Source: Octopus vulgaris (lineage: Eukaryota). Taken from it: 64,000 nt of DNA. The stretch covers positions 84,382,001 through 84,446,000 of the forward strand of contig OX597819.1 in NCBI GenBank assembly GCA_951406725.2. The letters run 5' to 3'. The position numbers were made by a program, and so were the translations under genes. Positions 27,636 to 40,545 of the stretch are shown in pieces (the stretch's first letter is position 1; every line of letters begins with the position of its first letter). The notes beneath the pieces are model-generated. The model was not told the DNA's origin, made no database searches, and worked only from the letters and a program-made list of their open reading frames with translations.

Positions 27636-28814
27636 TTAGGTGAATTTCGACATACTTAATAATTGATGTATGCTCTTTAATAATTTTCTACTTATTTCAG
27701 ACAGAAAACATTCTTGAAGCATAGGCACCCTTAATTATGAACATGACAAAAAAGGACCTTCGCTTACTTTTCTTGCATGAGTTCAAGCTTGGGTACAATG
27801 CCTCCCAAATTGCTGCCAATATCAACAGAACATGGGGAGAGGGATCCACAAGTGATCGCACAGTACAAAGGTGGTTTCAGAAATTCCAAAGTTGGTGATG
27901 AGAGACTTGAAAATGAAGAAGGTAGAGGATAGTCGTGCAGTCTTGACAATGAACAATTGAAAGCAATTGTTGAACAAAACCCACATCAAAGTGTCAGAGA
28001 AATGTCTCAGGCACTTGGTGTTGATATTGCAACGGCCTCACGTAATCTGCAGAAGATTGGTAAGGTGAAAAAGCACAATAAATGGGTACCACATGAGCTC
28101 AATGAAAATCAAAGTTTGGCGTTTTGAAGTGTGCTCAATGCTGTTTCTGTGAAACACTAATGATCTTTTTCTTGACCGAATAGTCACTTGTGATGTAAAA
28201 TGGATCCTTTATGATATCTGTAAACAATCACGTCAATGCCTTGATCATGATGAGTTCCCCAAACATTTCTCAAAGCCAAAGTTTCATCAGCAAAAGATTA
28301 TATTGACTGTCTGGCGGTCTGCAATTGGTGTTGTCCATTACAGCTTTCTGGGAGCCAATCAGAGCATTACAGCAGAGGTTTACTGCAATCAACTCGTTGA
28401 AATGCATGCTCACTTGCAAAAAATGAGACCTGCATTGGTGAATTAGCATGGCCCAAGTCTGCTCCACAATAATGAAAAGCCACATGTTGCAAGAATGACG
28501 CTGCAGAAACTCACAGACTTGGGATACAAGAGTTTACCACATCTTCCACCCACTGACCACCATTTTTTAAAAGCATTTAAACAAGTTTTTAAGTGATAAA
28601 ACTTTCAGGTCCAAACCAGAGGTGGAATCAGCTTTCAAAGATTTCTTAGTATCAAAGCCAATAAGTTTTTATCAACGAGGCATAAATAATCTCATCAATC
28701 GATGGCAGAGATGTTCATGGCTCATGCTTTGACTAATCAAAACATTTCTATTGTTAATTTTTCCAGAATAAAATTATGTTTCTAAAATCGGCCATTATTT
28801 TCAGAATAACCTAA
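27636..28814 (+). mobile_element. Decayed mariner transposon (Hsmar1/SETMAR-like, cecropia-type transposase pseudogene)
   Basis: MTKKDLRLLFLHEFKLGYNASQIAANINRTWGEGSTSDRTVQRWFQKF from 27743, followed by WVPHEL, DRIVTCDVKWILYD, LHNNEKPHVA and PTDHHF, with frameshifts and stops. The right TIR ...cagaataacctaa is present; the left TIR is mostly lost. Confidence 0.92.
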
Positions 28815-31800
28815 CAGCATTCCAGAAATACCAGGATACCTGCCTAGATTTTTACCATATTTTATGTTCAGTTATACTGAGTGGTACATCAAGTGTGTCT
28901 TGAACAATAGCCTTGAGTCAACCAATGTGAGTTACTTGGTAGATGGGAAACTGCAAAAGTTCATTATATACATGTGTGTGTGTACAGGTACAACACTGAT
29001 TATCTGGAACCTTTTCTGAATCCAAGGGCGATCACTTTGGTCAACACAATCTAAATTAAACAACTATTAAATTTACTTCAATAATTAAATGAAATACAAG
29101 TATCTGTACATTAATATAAATGATACAAGTTTAGTGATACTGTTTTGTGCAAAGTACTAGTTGGTGTAAGGTACAGGTAAACTAGTCTGGCTGCTGCAGG
29201 TATTTAAAGTTCCTGCATGTAAATTAATGCAAATTATAAAAGATTCCAGACCATCAGTTCCAAAAAGTTGGTGTTGTACCAGGCGCAGACATGGCTATGT
29301 GGTAAGAAGTTTAAATAATATACAGGGTGCAGCAGAAGTACCACCCTTTTGTATTTGAGTTTTCTAGTTTCTAATTGAGTTTTTTTATGTTTCCTAAAAC
29401 TTCTGCCATTTTTTTCATTAGTTTGTTATTTGTTTAAGTAAGGCAAGAAATTTGTGTTCAATAAAAAATTACTTAATAAACATATACTATAAAAGTTATC
29501 AAATGCAAAAAGAGCATTAATTCTGCCACTCCTTGTATATGTATATGTTTTCGTCTGTGCTTATCCCCCAGCCACTATTTGACAACCAGTGTTGGTGTGT
29601 TTACATCCCCATAACTCAGAGGTTCAGCCAAAGAGACCGATAGGATAAGTACCAGGCTTAAAAAGAAAACAAGTACTGGGCTTGATTAGTTTCACTAAAA
29701 TTCTTCAAGGCGATGCCCCAGCATGGCCGCAGTCTAATGACTGAAACAAGTACAAAGTAAAAAAAAACATATATATATATACATATATATAATTTCAAAT
29801 TATGATGAATGTAAACAAACAAATGAAGTTTGCTTTAGAAGCGTTGAGATTTCTTAGAAAGTTAAAAAAGTGATTTAAATTCTCAAACACAGGATAACGC
29901 TAATAATATAACCTGAACAGGATTAGCTACCCCTATTTTTCCAGAAAAAAGTGTTGGCGGCTGACTATGTATATATATGTCATAATCATTTTAATGGCCA
30001 CTTTTATTTCATGAGAAGGGATCTTAGTGAGAAATGATCTTCAGACATTGGGCCTCACAGAGGGAATGACAGGGGACTGAGACTCCTGACAGTTTGGTAT
30101 ACTTGAGAAGACATGTCAGGCTTAGTAAAATCGTGGTTGTCCTTGCATACAGTCATGTACCCTGCATCCTTCTCCAGCTGAGCATTCCTAATCTTGCAGG
30201 CTGGAGGGTGTTAGTGCCATGTAAAAGCGCACTCATACCAGTTCCACATAAACACACGCATGCTGGTGCTGCATAAAAGCACCCAAGACACTGTGTAAAC
30301 TGGTTGGTATTAGGAAGGGCATCAAGCTGTAGAAACCTTGTCAAAGCAGACATGGAACCTGGGCAGCTCTTCTGCTTGCTAGCTCCTGTCAAACTGCCCA
30401 ACCCATGCTAGTATGGGAAAATGGACATTAAATGATGATGATGATGATGATAATGCTTGCATGGGTGAGATGGAATTTGTTGAGGCAGGTTTTCAGTGGC
30501 TTGATCCTCTTCCTGGCACTAATCTTCAATTGTTTCCATAGTCAGACATATTTTTTCACAAAAAAATAACTGAAAATAAAAGACAGTGTGTGTGTGTGGG
30601 TGACACTCACAACTTCTGCATGATGTGAAAACAAAGAGACTCAAACATACACAACACATACATTTATATATTTATATATGCACAACTTTTCCATCTATCA
30701 AATCCACTGAGAAAGTTTTGGTTGACACAGGCTAAAACTATCTTTCATGATGTGTCTTCTACATTCCTCAGCAGTCAAAGCCCACAACTCCAAACCAGAC
30801 CCCACCAACTGGCTTAGAACTTACACAACCAAAATGAATTACCTACCATCATCCAACTCAGCAAAGGAACATGTACTTAGTCATTTAACACATTAGAAAT
30901 AGCAGTTAAATTCCCTTAAATATACCTTACTGTCTTAAACAAAGAAAGGACCCATTGAACCATGTAATCCCTGACACAGAAAAAGAAAAGATGGTCATGA
31001 CTGGAACACCTTTAATTATAGATCTACTCAACTGAAGCAGATCTGGACTAAACAGTAACTGTTATCTACTTCATTTTTCATTCATATTTTTGTGATCCAG
31101 TTGGGAGTAATTCTATTTACTTATTTTCTGTCTCTCAAAAGAAAGGCAAACATCCAAAATGGAATTATTCTATTCCTCATGGCATATCTCTTTTACTTGC
31201 TTCAGTCATTTGACTGCAGCCATGCTTGAGTGCTACCTTTAGTCAAACAAATGAACCCCAGGACTTATTCTATTGGTCTCTTTTGCCAAATCGCTAAGTT
31301 ATGGTGACATAAAGACGCCAACATCAGTTGTCGAATGATAGGGAGGGTGGGGGACAAACACAGACACACAAACATAAACATGTGATGGGCTTCTTTCAGT
31401 TTCCGTTTACCAAATCCACTCACAAGGCTTTGGTTGGCCTGAGGCTATAATAGAAGACACTTGCCCAAGATACCACAAAGTGGGACTGAATCCAGAACCA
31501 TGTGGTTGGTAAACTTACCACACAGCCACTCCTGTCAATAAGTGTTATTTTCTATTTGCTTCTATCTAGAAATCAAAGGAAATGACTACTTTGATTTCGT
31601 GACCTGGACATCAATGTTTTGTAACTGACCTATTTTCCATTACATTTCAGACAGATCTAGCACTGAGTTGCTGAATTTCAGAAATATTGTTATAGCAAAT
31701 ATTCTGCTCAATACCACAGATTTGCTTGTCAGTTGCTTGACCTTAACCACTTGAGCATCAGTGGTTGACAATGCACGCATATCTGAGCATAAGCAGGAGT

Positions 31801-31964
31801 AGTGGGGGAGCATCATAGCCATGTGTCGAGAAGGATTCTTTGGAGTTTGAATAAATGTAACAAAAGAAGGGTTTGAAGGAAATATTAGTCATTTATCATA
31901 CTTTCAAAGGGTAAGCAAATAGGAAATAACAGCTGCTACTCAAGGACAAAAATCGTGTAACACA

Positions 31965-32267
31965 GTATAATATATAATAATGAAATCATTGTATACAGTG
32001 CTCAGGTGCACCACAACTCGTCAAAAGTGCGTATAAAGAATATGCAGTAATGTACAAATGTCTGGAAAGCGAACAATGTATGAGTCAGATACATGCTTGC
32101 GTGTGTATGGAGGGGAGAAAATCAGGTGTAGTGTTGGCGGATCTCAGGAAGCAGTGCTCCGACAACTAACAACTAATGCCGGCAGTTTGTTCCATGCTTC
32201 AGCAACTCTTAGCGTGAAAAAATGTTTCCGAAAGTCATGGGAGCTGTGCTGTTTTCTCATTTTGTAA
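31965..32267 (-). mobile_element. CR1/L2-clade LINE, 3' end
   Basis: YKMRKQHSSHDFRKHFFTLRVAEAWNKLPALVVSC (RxxFFxxRVxxxWNxLP motif), then a 3' UTR ending in cattatta. Confidence 0.8.
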
Positions 32268-33475
32268 CATACCAGAATGGCTTTCACATGAATCAAAGAT
32301 ATCACACACAACAACCAAAATAGCTACATCACTGATAACCACACAAACCTGAATTTCAATATTGGGTTATCAAAAACTTTTATGCCAGCTTCACTTTAAC
32401 TCTTTTAAGCACCATTCTCATAAAGCTTCACTTTAACCCTTTTAACCCTTAACGTTCACAGTATTCTATCAAAAGTAATGCTTGTTTATTCACACTGGTT
32501 TCAATTAATCATGCATTATTTTGTAGCTTTGAGGTAATTTAATTTTTAGGGTGATATTGTAGGGTTGATATGAGAAGCCAGATCTGGTCAGTTTGAACAT
32601 AAAATAGGTAGAATATTTTGGCTGGATATGGCTGGTTTAAAACACTAAAGGGTTAATACCAACCTGACCAAGGCCACCCCCAATTGTAGGATACAAACTT
32701 CTTATTTTAAGGAAATCTAAATTGAAATCTTCCACCAAAATTTCATATTAATGTTTCAAACATCAGTTTAACAAAGACAGTTATTTTACTAATCTCTTCA
32801 TTATTTCCAGTATTAATAGAAAGAGGCAGTGTATTTCAATATAAATATGGTAATAAGCAGGTTAAAAACCTTTACTCTTACAATTCAACAGAGTACAGGA
32901 CAGAATTATGACAGTATGCCCTGACTATGACACTGCAACTTATTTAGTTGACAACAATAAATTAAATTAATAAATAAGTGACTTGAATTAGATTATTATT
33001 ATTATTACAGAATACTGTTTTAATTTTTCAATAGCTTTATTAAAAACAGTTAACTTATTTAGCTATCACTGCTGAAAATAAGATACATCTTAATAAAAAT
33101 GAAGTAACTCATTATATTACATAAACAAAAGTACGACCATTTATTTCAAAATTTTGTTCTATGACCTTGTCATAGTTAAATGAGATCAAAACAGCCAAAT
33201 ATATATAGGTTTCAAATTTTGGTACAAGGCTAGCAATTTCAGGGAAAGTGAGTAAGTCAATTACATTGACCCTACTGTTCAACTGGTACTTATTCCATTG
33301 ACCCTGAAAAGATGAAAGGCAAATTCGATCTTGATGGAATTTGAACTCGGAATGTATAGATAGATGAAATGCCACTAAGCATTTTGCCCGGCATGCTAAC
33401 GATTCTGCTAACTTGCCGTCCTAAAAGCAGCCATAATACATAATACAAGGTGTAATGTATATTTGACTGTTTTAT

Positions 33476-33508
<33 letters not shown>

Positions 33509-35865
33509 ATAACAATTTAATAAATAAAGCATATGCATACATACATACATATATGTACATACCTACATCTATATGTATATATACATGCATATATGGTTAC
33601 AGGACACCACAAAAAACGTAGAACACAACAAGAAATGAAAACATAAAGCAAAACATGGAAACGGACTTTTTTTAAAAAACAAAAAGCAGAGTACAAGACA
33701 TACAACACAAGGAACATTCCCCTTCTTCAGCTGCCCCTGCTTCGATATTGCGTGTTTACGCAATGTCGAAGCAGGAGCAGCTTCGACATATATATAAAGA
33801 AGTGCTGAAAAGTTCCTGGCTTTGAGTAAAAGAAAATACAGGAGATCAGTTAATTATCATTTTATTCAATTATTCAACATATTCCCCTCTCAGATTCACA
33901 CACTTATTGTAGCGGTCTTTCATTTTCCAGCACTTCCTTGTTTATATATACACATACAGGTACAACACCAATTTTTCAGATAACTTTTAATCTGTACTAA
34001 TTTAGCAAGAATTTCCAACTTTCATGGTCACCAGACTAATTTACTGGTACCTTACAAAGACTAGTACCTCACACAGTACAGTATCAATAAACTTGTATTA
34101 TTTACACAAAATACATCACTCTGTAACTTGGGTGTATGGCTCCTGCCCCCTCTATCCCATCTTCACCATCTTTCTTTCTTCTCCCTTCTCCATCTGAAGT
34201 AGCCTTGTCTCTTTTCTAATGCACAACACTTTTCTGTTCTTCAATACTACTCTTCCCAGTTGAAGAGATCTTGTCCTGCAAGTTACTTGGTGATCTCACT
34301 GCTGCTGCTGCCACATAGAAAGCACCCACTACAGTCTGTAAAGTGGTTGTTGTTAGGAAGGGCTTCTTCTCTGAGTTGGACACATTTTTGTGGAAGAGTA
34401 AAAATAAACAACATTGCTTGTATGATGGTGTGATGCTCATTCACAACTATGATACAATGTCAGAACAAGGAGTCACAAACACATACACAGACATACAATG
34501 CACTTCTTGGGATTGTGAAGCAAACTTCTTAACCACAATCAAGTTGTCAAAATATTTTTAAAAAATGAAAACTGACAGCTGTGTTATAATGGTGATCTGC
34601 TATCAAACAAGAACATGAACAAACACAAAATATTCCAAGTTCAGCTGTCTTGATGTCACATTTATGTTCATAGGAGTTTGGCAGAGTCCATTTTGATGAA
34701 ACCCAAACAGAGAGCAAACCTCCACAACCACAAGGTCTAAGTGTCTTCCACCACACCTGTTTGCAATGTTAAGAATCGATCTTTTCCATCAGAGTTCCTA
34801 TCATTCACCACATAACTGCATTATAGAGCAACAAAAGTCATACAGATGTGCTGCCGTAATGCACTTTAAGTTCTTCCTCTATGTATTAACCCTTTGCCTA
34901 TCCAAAGCACTTTCATAAGTTCATCCTAAATGCCCATACTTGTTTTCAGACTTTTAGCTAACCCTTGATTCATACATTCTGAGTAATATAAAGCTTTCCT
35001 TTCATTAAGTCCCAAAGTTACTCATTGTACATTGAGAATGTACAATATGATGCATGGACACAGCTGATAGTGGTAAAGTTCATCATCTCGGAGTTTACTT
35101 GGGAAAACCATTCGACACACACTTTGTAGCCATCTGTTTTTATCATATAACTCATGCTAGCATGGAAAACAGACATTAAGGGGAGAGTAGGAGATGGAGA
35201 GAAGAAGAAGAGGGAGGAGAAAATAGATGGGGGAGGAGGATGTCCTGCATCAATCAAGACACCAGTAGTTAACGAGTTGACTACTCAGGTGGAAATTGAA
35301 ATCAACTCAAGCATTACCATAAATATTTTAGTCTAGTTTAATGTATCCTACTCCCTACCTCATGATATTATTGATGATATTTGATAATGAAAATTACAAA
35401 ATATATCTCAGGGTAAACAACAAGCCACAGAACAGAATTCTTTGCTGGATCTTGTTTAGTATTTGATTTTTTGCTTTAGTTCAAATTCCAACAGGGCTGT
35501 TTTTAATCATTTACATCCACAGAATCATCATCATCACCGTTATTAAATATTTGTTTTCCATGCTGTCATGGGTTGGATGGTTTGACAGGATCTGGCAAGC
35601 CACAGAGCAGCATTCAACTCCAACATCAGCTTCAGCATGGTTTCTATAGTTGTATGCCCTTCCTAATGCCAATCACTTTATAGTGTGTACTGACTGAGTG
35701 CCATTTTCATGTCACTAGTAATATACTGATTTAAAACAATAACAAAAACTGTAGATGACTTGTGTCTACTTAAGAGAAATTTTATAAAATACATAATTGT
35801 AATGAGATAAAAAAGAAAACAGTCTTAGGTCAAATATATACATAATGAAATAATGGGTGAATATA

Positions 35866-37461
35866 TTGGGTCATCACATAAATGCGGTTTTTTTTCAATT
35901 ACATCAACTGAAAGTCAGAGGGGAGCAGGATAAACTACCTGCATCAACTTGCTATAAAATCAGGTAGTAATTTTACCTTGTCCTTATTCTTAGTGCAAGT
36001 TTTGAAGAGTGCAGTTCGATTTTAACAGTTATTTTTTCCAAACTATAACGGAAGTAACAAAGGAACATATTCAGCATATTTTGCTTTATGAGTTTAATAA
36101 AGGCAACGATGCAACAGAAAGTGCGAGGAATATTAATGCAGTATATGGGGATCAGACAATAAGTGTAAGACAGTGTCAGCAGTGGTTCCAGAAATTCTGA
36201 GCCAGAAATTACAGCCTAAAAGATGTGCCTTGTCCTGGAAGATCTGTAGAGCTTGATGAGGACATCCTGCAAACCCTGGTAGAACAAAATTCCATCGTAA
36301 CTGTTGAGGAACTAGCAGAGAAGCTTGGATTTGACATTCAACCATTCATTGACACCTGTGTGCCATCAGAAAAGTCAACAAATTGAGTCAATGGGTTCCT
36401 CACAAACTTTCCCAGTCTAATCATGTGCAGAGAGTGAATGTGTGCTCTTCTTTGCTGTCACATCCCACGAATGAACCTTTTTTGGACCAAATAGTGGCTG
36501 GTGATGAGAAATCGGTTCTCTATAAAAACGCCAAGTGCTGAAGACAGTGGGTAGGAAAAAGAGAAACACTGGCACCCCAGGCTAAAAAAGGTCTTCACCC
36601 ATGTAAGGTGTTGTCATCTGTTTGGTGAGATATGAAAGGTTTGGTCGACTTTGAACTTTTAAACCCAAACCAAATGATAACAAAGGAGATCTACTATAAG
36701 CAGCTTGAGTGGCTTAAGTCAGTGCAAGAAGAAAAATGACCATCTTTGGTTTCAATATGAAAGGTGTTCTTCCATCAGGATAATGCTCAGCCACATACAG
36801 CATTTGGATGGAAAAAAATATGAATTCTGTAGACGAGGTCAGAATAGTACTGGAGAAATATTTTTTCGTCACAGACAAGTGGTGCCGGTGGCACGTAAAA
36901 GCACCATCCGTTCATGTCCGTTGCCAGCCTCGCCTGGCCCCCATGCCGGTGGCACGTAAAAGCACCATCCGCTCGTGTCCATTGCCAGCCTCGCCTGGCC
37001 CCGTGCCGGTGGCATGTAAAAGCACCATCCGTTCGTGTCCGTTGCCAGCCTTGCCTGGTCCCCGTGCCGGTGGCACGTAAAAGCACCATCCGTTCGTGGC
37101 CGTTTGCCAGCTCTGTCTGGCACCTGTGCGGGTGGCACGTAAAAAGCACCCACTACACTCACGGAGTTGTTGGCGTTAGGAAGGGCATCCAGCCGTAGAA
37201 ACACTGCCAGATCTGACTGGGCCTGATGAAGCCTTCCAGCTTCACAGACCCCAGTTGAACTGTCCAACCCATGCTAGCATGGAAAACGGACGCTAAATGA
37301 TGATGATGATGATGAAGCCTTGCAAGTCTACTAGATAGATGGAAGAGCATTGTAGAAGATGAAAGAGAGGATATTTAGATTAAAAAAGAACTTTGTTTAT
37401 TTTAATTTTGAAAAATTAAAAGAAGTATTAAAAAAATCGCATTCTTTATTGGATGACCCAA
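35866..37461 (+). mobile_element. Decayed mariner transposon with both TIRs and TA target duplication, interrupted by a SINE
   Basis: TA|TTGGGTCATC ... GATGACCCAA|TA. Transposase remnants KEHIQHILLYEFNKGNDATESARNINAVYG, WVPHKL, IVAGDEK, FHQDNAQPHT and DRWKSIVE. Confidence 0.93.
36881..37315 (+). mobile_element. (GAT)n-tailed retroposon/SINE with an internal 60-bp tandem repeat, nested in a mariner
   Basis: ggcgttaggaagggcatccagccgtagaaa...aacccatgctagcatggaaaacggacgctaaatgatgatg. Other copies at about 21025-21342, 30210-30455, 43220-43660, 48900-49085, 50240-50468 and 53490-53680. Confidence 0.85.
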
Positions 37462-37693
37462 TACATAATGCATTAATGAAATGAGTGAACTTAAGAAACA
37501 GTGTCAAGAAAATGACTGAAATTTTCTTAAGTCTTTTTGTTAATCAATGAACTAGGAAAATAAATTGACCTTTACACTGTTGAAAGACTCCATGGTGAAT
37601 TACTTACAAGAGAGAGACAGAGACAGAGAATGTGTGTGATATATATGTCAGTGATTTCATGGAATGAAGAATATGTATTCACATAGAAATGTT

Positions 37694-37811
37694 TCATTCC
37701 ATTTGATTTGATGACTTTTTAAATTCAGAAAATTTTTTACAAAATTCAGTGAACATCTCAGCTGGATCTTCTACTTTGGTTTTGGTTGCCTCATTCAGTT
37801 CACTGTTGAGT
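37694..37811 (-). CDS. CENPU: CENP-U-like gene, last coding exon (LNSELNEATKTKVEDPAEMFTEFCKKFSEFKKSSNQME*)
   Basis: cttgttattcttcag acceptor; the phase-2 start completes the Arg codon; TGA at 37696-37694. The nine exons sum to 2115 nt from the ATG at 61948 (704 aa plus stop). Confidence 0.8.
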
Positions 37812-37959
37812 CTGAAGAATAACAAGAAATAAGAAAAAATAAACAATGAAAACATGCACAATCATGAAGGAAAATCCTTGAATCAAATCAAAAATAAGGA
37901 AATCAGAAAATCAAAAATGACTTGATATGCATTGAAGATAACTACAGAACAAATAACTC

Positions 37960-38650
37960 TGAGATGCATTCAAAAAGTATCCAAGTTTATACTTTCTCAC
38001 CAAAACTAATGCCGCATGGCCAAAATCCTTTAGATAGGAGGTGATGCTACTCTTCCTGTGCATGTGTGAAAAATTTCACACCAGTAGGCCATATCAGTTT
38101 GCAGCTGTTACGCATGGAGTACACACATGTAGTGAACACTCACTAGATTTTCGTTTTTATTGAATGCATCAAGCAGAAATATTGCATCAAGTTTTGCCAA
38201 AAGTTTGGAGATACTCAAGCTCAAATCATCCAGAAGATTCAACAGGCCTTTGGCAATGATGCCATGGGCAAAACTCAGATCAAGGAATGGTACAACTGCT
38301 TCAGACATGGCTGCACCTCAGTGAAAAGCAAGGCAAAGGCAGGCCATCCACAAGCTGAAACAAGGAGCCAACTGAGAAGGTTCAATGAGTAGTCATGGAA
38401 GAACGCTGTGTAACAATCCAGGATATTGCTCACACAGTGGGAAAAAGCACAGAATCAGTACATTCCATTGTAACAGAGGATTTGTGCATGTAGAAAGAGT
38501 TGGCGAAATTTATCCCCAAGGTGTTGGCAGAGTAGCAGAAGCAAATCTGCACGGAAATCTCTCAGGATATGCTGGACTGTGCAAACCACAACCCAGACTT
38601 CATGAAGCTCATCATCATTAGTGACAAGACATGGGATTATGGTCTCTGCT
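37960..38650 (+). mobile_element. Mariner 5' fragment (irritans-like) in a CENP-U-like intron
   Basis: QKYCIKFCQKFGDTQAQIIQKIQQAFGNDAMGKTQIKEWYNCFRHG...AKFIPKVL...IIISDKTWDYG. Confidence 0.85.
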
Positions 38651-40483
38651 TGATGCGTTTGATCATCTTGTGTGAAAATGAACATTTTTTGTTACTTCAA
38701 TAGCTCTTCTGAAACTGAATATTTTGTATCTTTAAGTTTTTAACATTCAGATTATTTTGTCAAATGTAATGCTTATTGATTCACATTGTTTTGAATTAAC
38801 CATGCATTATCTCATAGCTTCGAGATATCAATGATGTGATTGTTCTATTCCTAGAATGACATTTTAGAATAGGTGGGAAATGCTAGACCTGGTCAGTTTG
38901 AACATAAAACAGGTAGAATATTTGGGCTAGATACGGTTGGTTTAAATGCAAATGGGTTAAACACAGTTAAGATATTTCACAATTTCTTTGTGATTCAAAC
39001 ATTTGGAACAAATTTAATTTGTAACAGTTGAAAGAATTTCTCCACAAAATATAACATCAAAAAATTAGAAGTGGATAATTAAACAATGTCATTTCATATT
39101 AAGTAAACATAAACATATACAAGAACAGATTCATACATATTTACTAGTATAATAAATATATAACTAAATATATAAATAAATATTTTTTTACATACAAAAT
39201 TTTTTGTAAAAAAATATTTTAATCTTCGGATTTTTTTAATATGCTAGGCCACTGGTTTTAATTGATTAATATCAATTTCTACCCTTATTCAATTTTATAT
39301 AAATAAATAGATAATTGAATGAATACATTGAATATGTAGACGATAGATACCTAATCATCATTGTTGTCTAACTTCTGTTTACCATAATGACATGGGTTAG
39401 ATGGTTTGACAGGGTCCAACAAGCCACAGAGCTACATCAGGCTCCAATATCAGGTTTGGCATGGTTTCTATGACTGGATGCCCTTCCTAATACCAACTAT
39501 CTTACTGTGTATACTGGGGGCATTTTTTAAGATACTGGCACAAGTGATGTTACCAAGTAAGTTGCAAGACAAAGTAAAGAAAAGAACCAAGTATATTTGA
39601 GAGAGGAGAGGTGGCTTTATGCCAGGTGTTGCAGGCTAAAGTATGATAAAGGGACAAGCACAGGTATCTTGCTATAGAAGAGACATCTGGCTGCCCTGCT
39701 CTGTGCAAAGGTGAGTGAGAGTAGCTGGACAGGAGATAAAGATGGGTGGGGAGCAGGGTGCCAAAAATTATAGTAAATTAGAAAAACATGTAAATACATA
39801 TGAGAGTCATTTGCAAACCTAGTATTAAATATGTGTAAACAATTAACAAGAATAATAATGCAATTGGTAGGGAAGGATGAGAGACAGGGAGTTTATGGGT
39901 GAGTGATGAGTTGGTAGAGGCTGCAAGAGTGTATGAGGAGAGTGAGAGATAGGGGTGGAGACGCAAAGAACAACATAAGAGTAAATCAGTAAGAAGTAGT
40001 TCAAGGCAGAAGGAGAAGTAATTGGTAGCATTGAAATGGAAAATGTAAGTAAGCATGGGCAATGTTAAGAATGAAGAACATATGTCAAAAGGAACTTGTT
40101 TTCAGAAATGGAAGAGATAACTGGTATCACAGAAAAGGATGATGAAATATATAGTTCAACTCACATTCAGTACTTTAGTAGTAAAAAAAAAGCTAACAAG
40201 AAATAGATCGGTTAAAGAATATAAAAATCAAATGTTTTAATCCCATATGAAATTTTTTCCAAGAAAGAAAAAATACTTTGTTTCAGATTGTATGTCTGAA
40301 TGTAGTTCAATAGCTTAACACTTTGGCCATTGTACCTCTACTCATTTCAACCCTTCTTAAAAAGTAAAATTCCCAACAACCACATCAACATAATATGACA
40401 AATGCTTAATTGGTTTTGAAAAAAAAAATAATAATGAGGAAAGAAATGATTATTTCAAAATAACTATATTGAATCTCAATTAC

Positions 40484-40545
40484 CTGTTGTTAGCTACTTT
40501 AAGTTGAAAATATTTCTCCTGTTGTCTTTGTATTTGAAGAGACTT
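40484..40545 (-). CDS. CENPU: CENP-U-like gene, exon H (KSLQIQRQQEKYFQLKVANNR)
   Basis: ttttttttacag acceptor and CAG|GTAATT donor; 62 nt, phase 0->2. Confidence 0.8.

Noticed and set aside
27743-28735. SETMAR-like domesticated gene
   Set aside because: Multiple stops and frameshifts and no SET domain; a dead mariner.
36787-37267. Repetitive 90-132 aa ORFs and a CRISPR-like periodicity
   Set aside because: These are 60-bp tandem units inside a SINE with no unique spacers, in a eukaryotic context with no cas genes.
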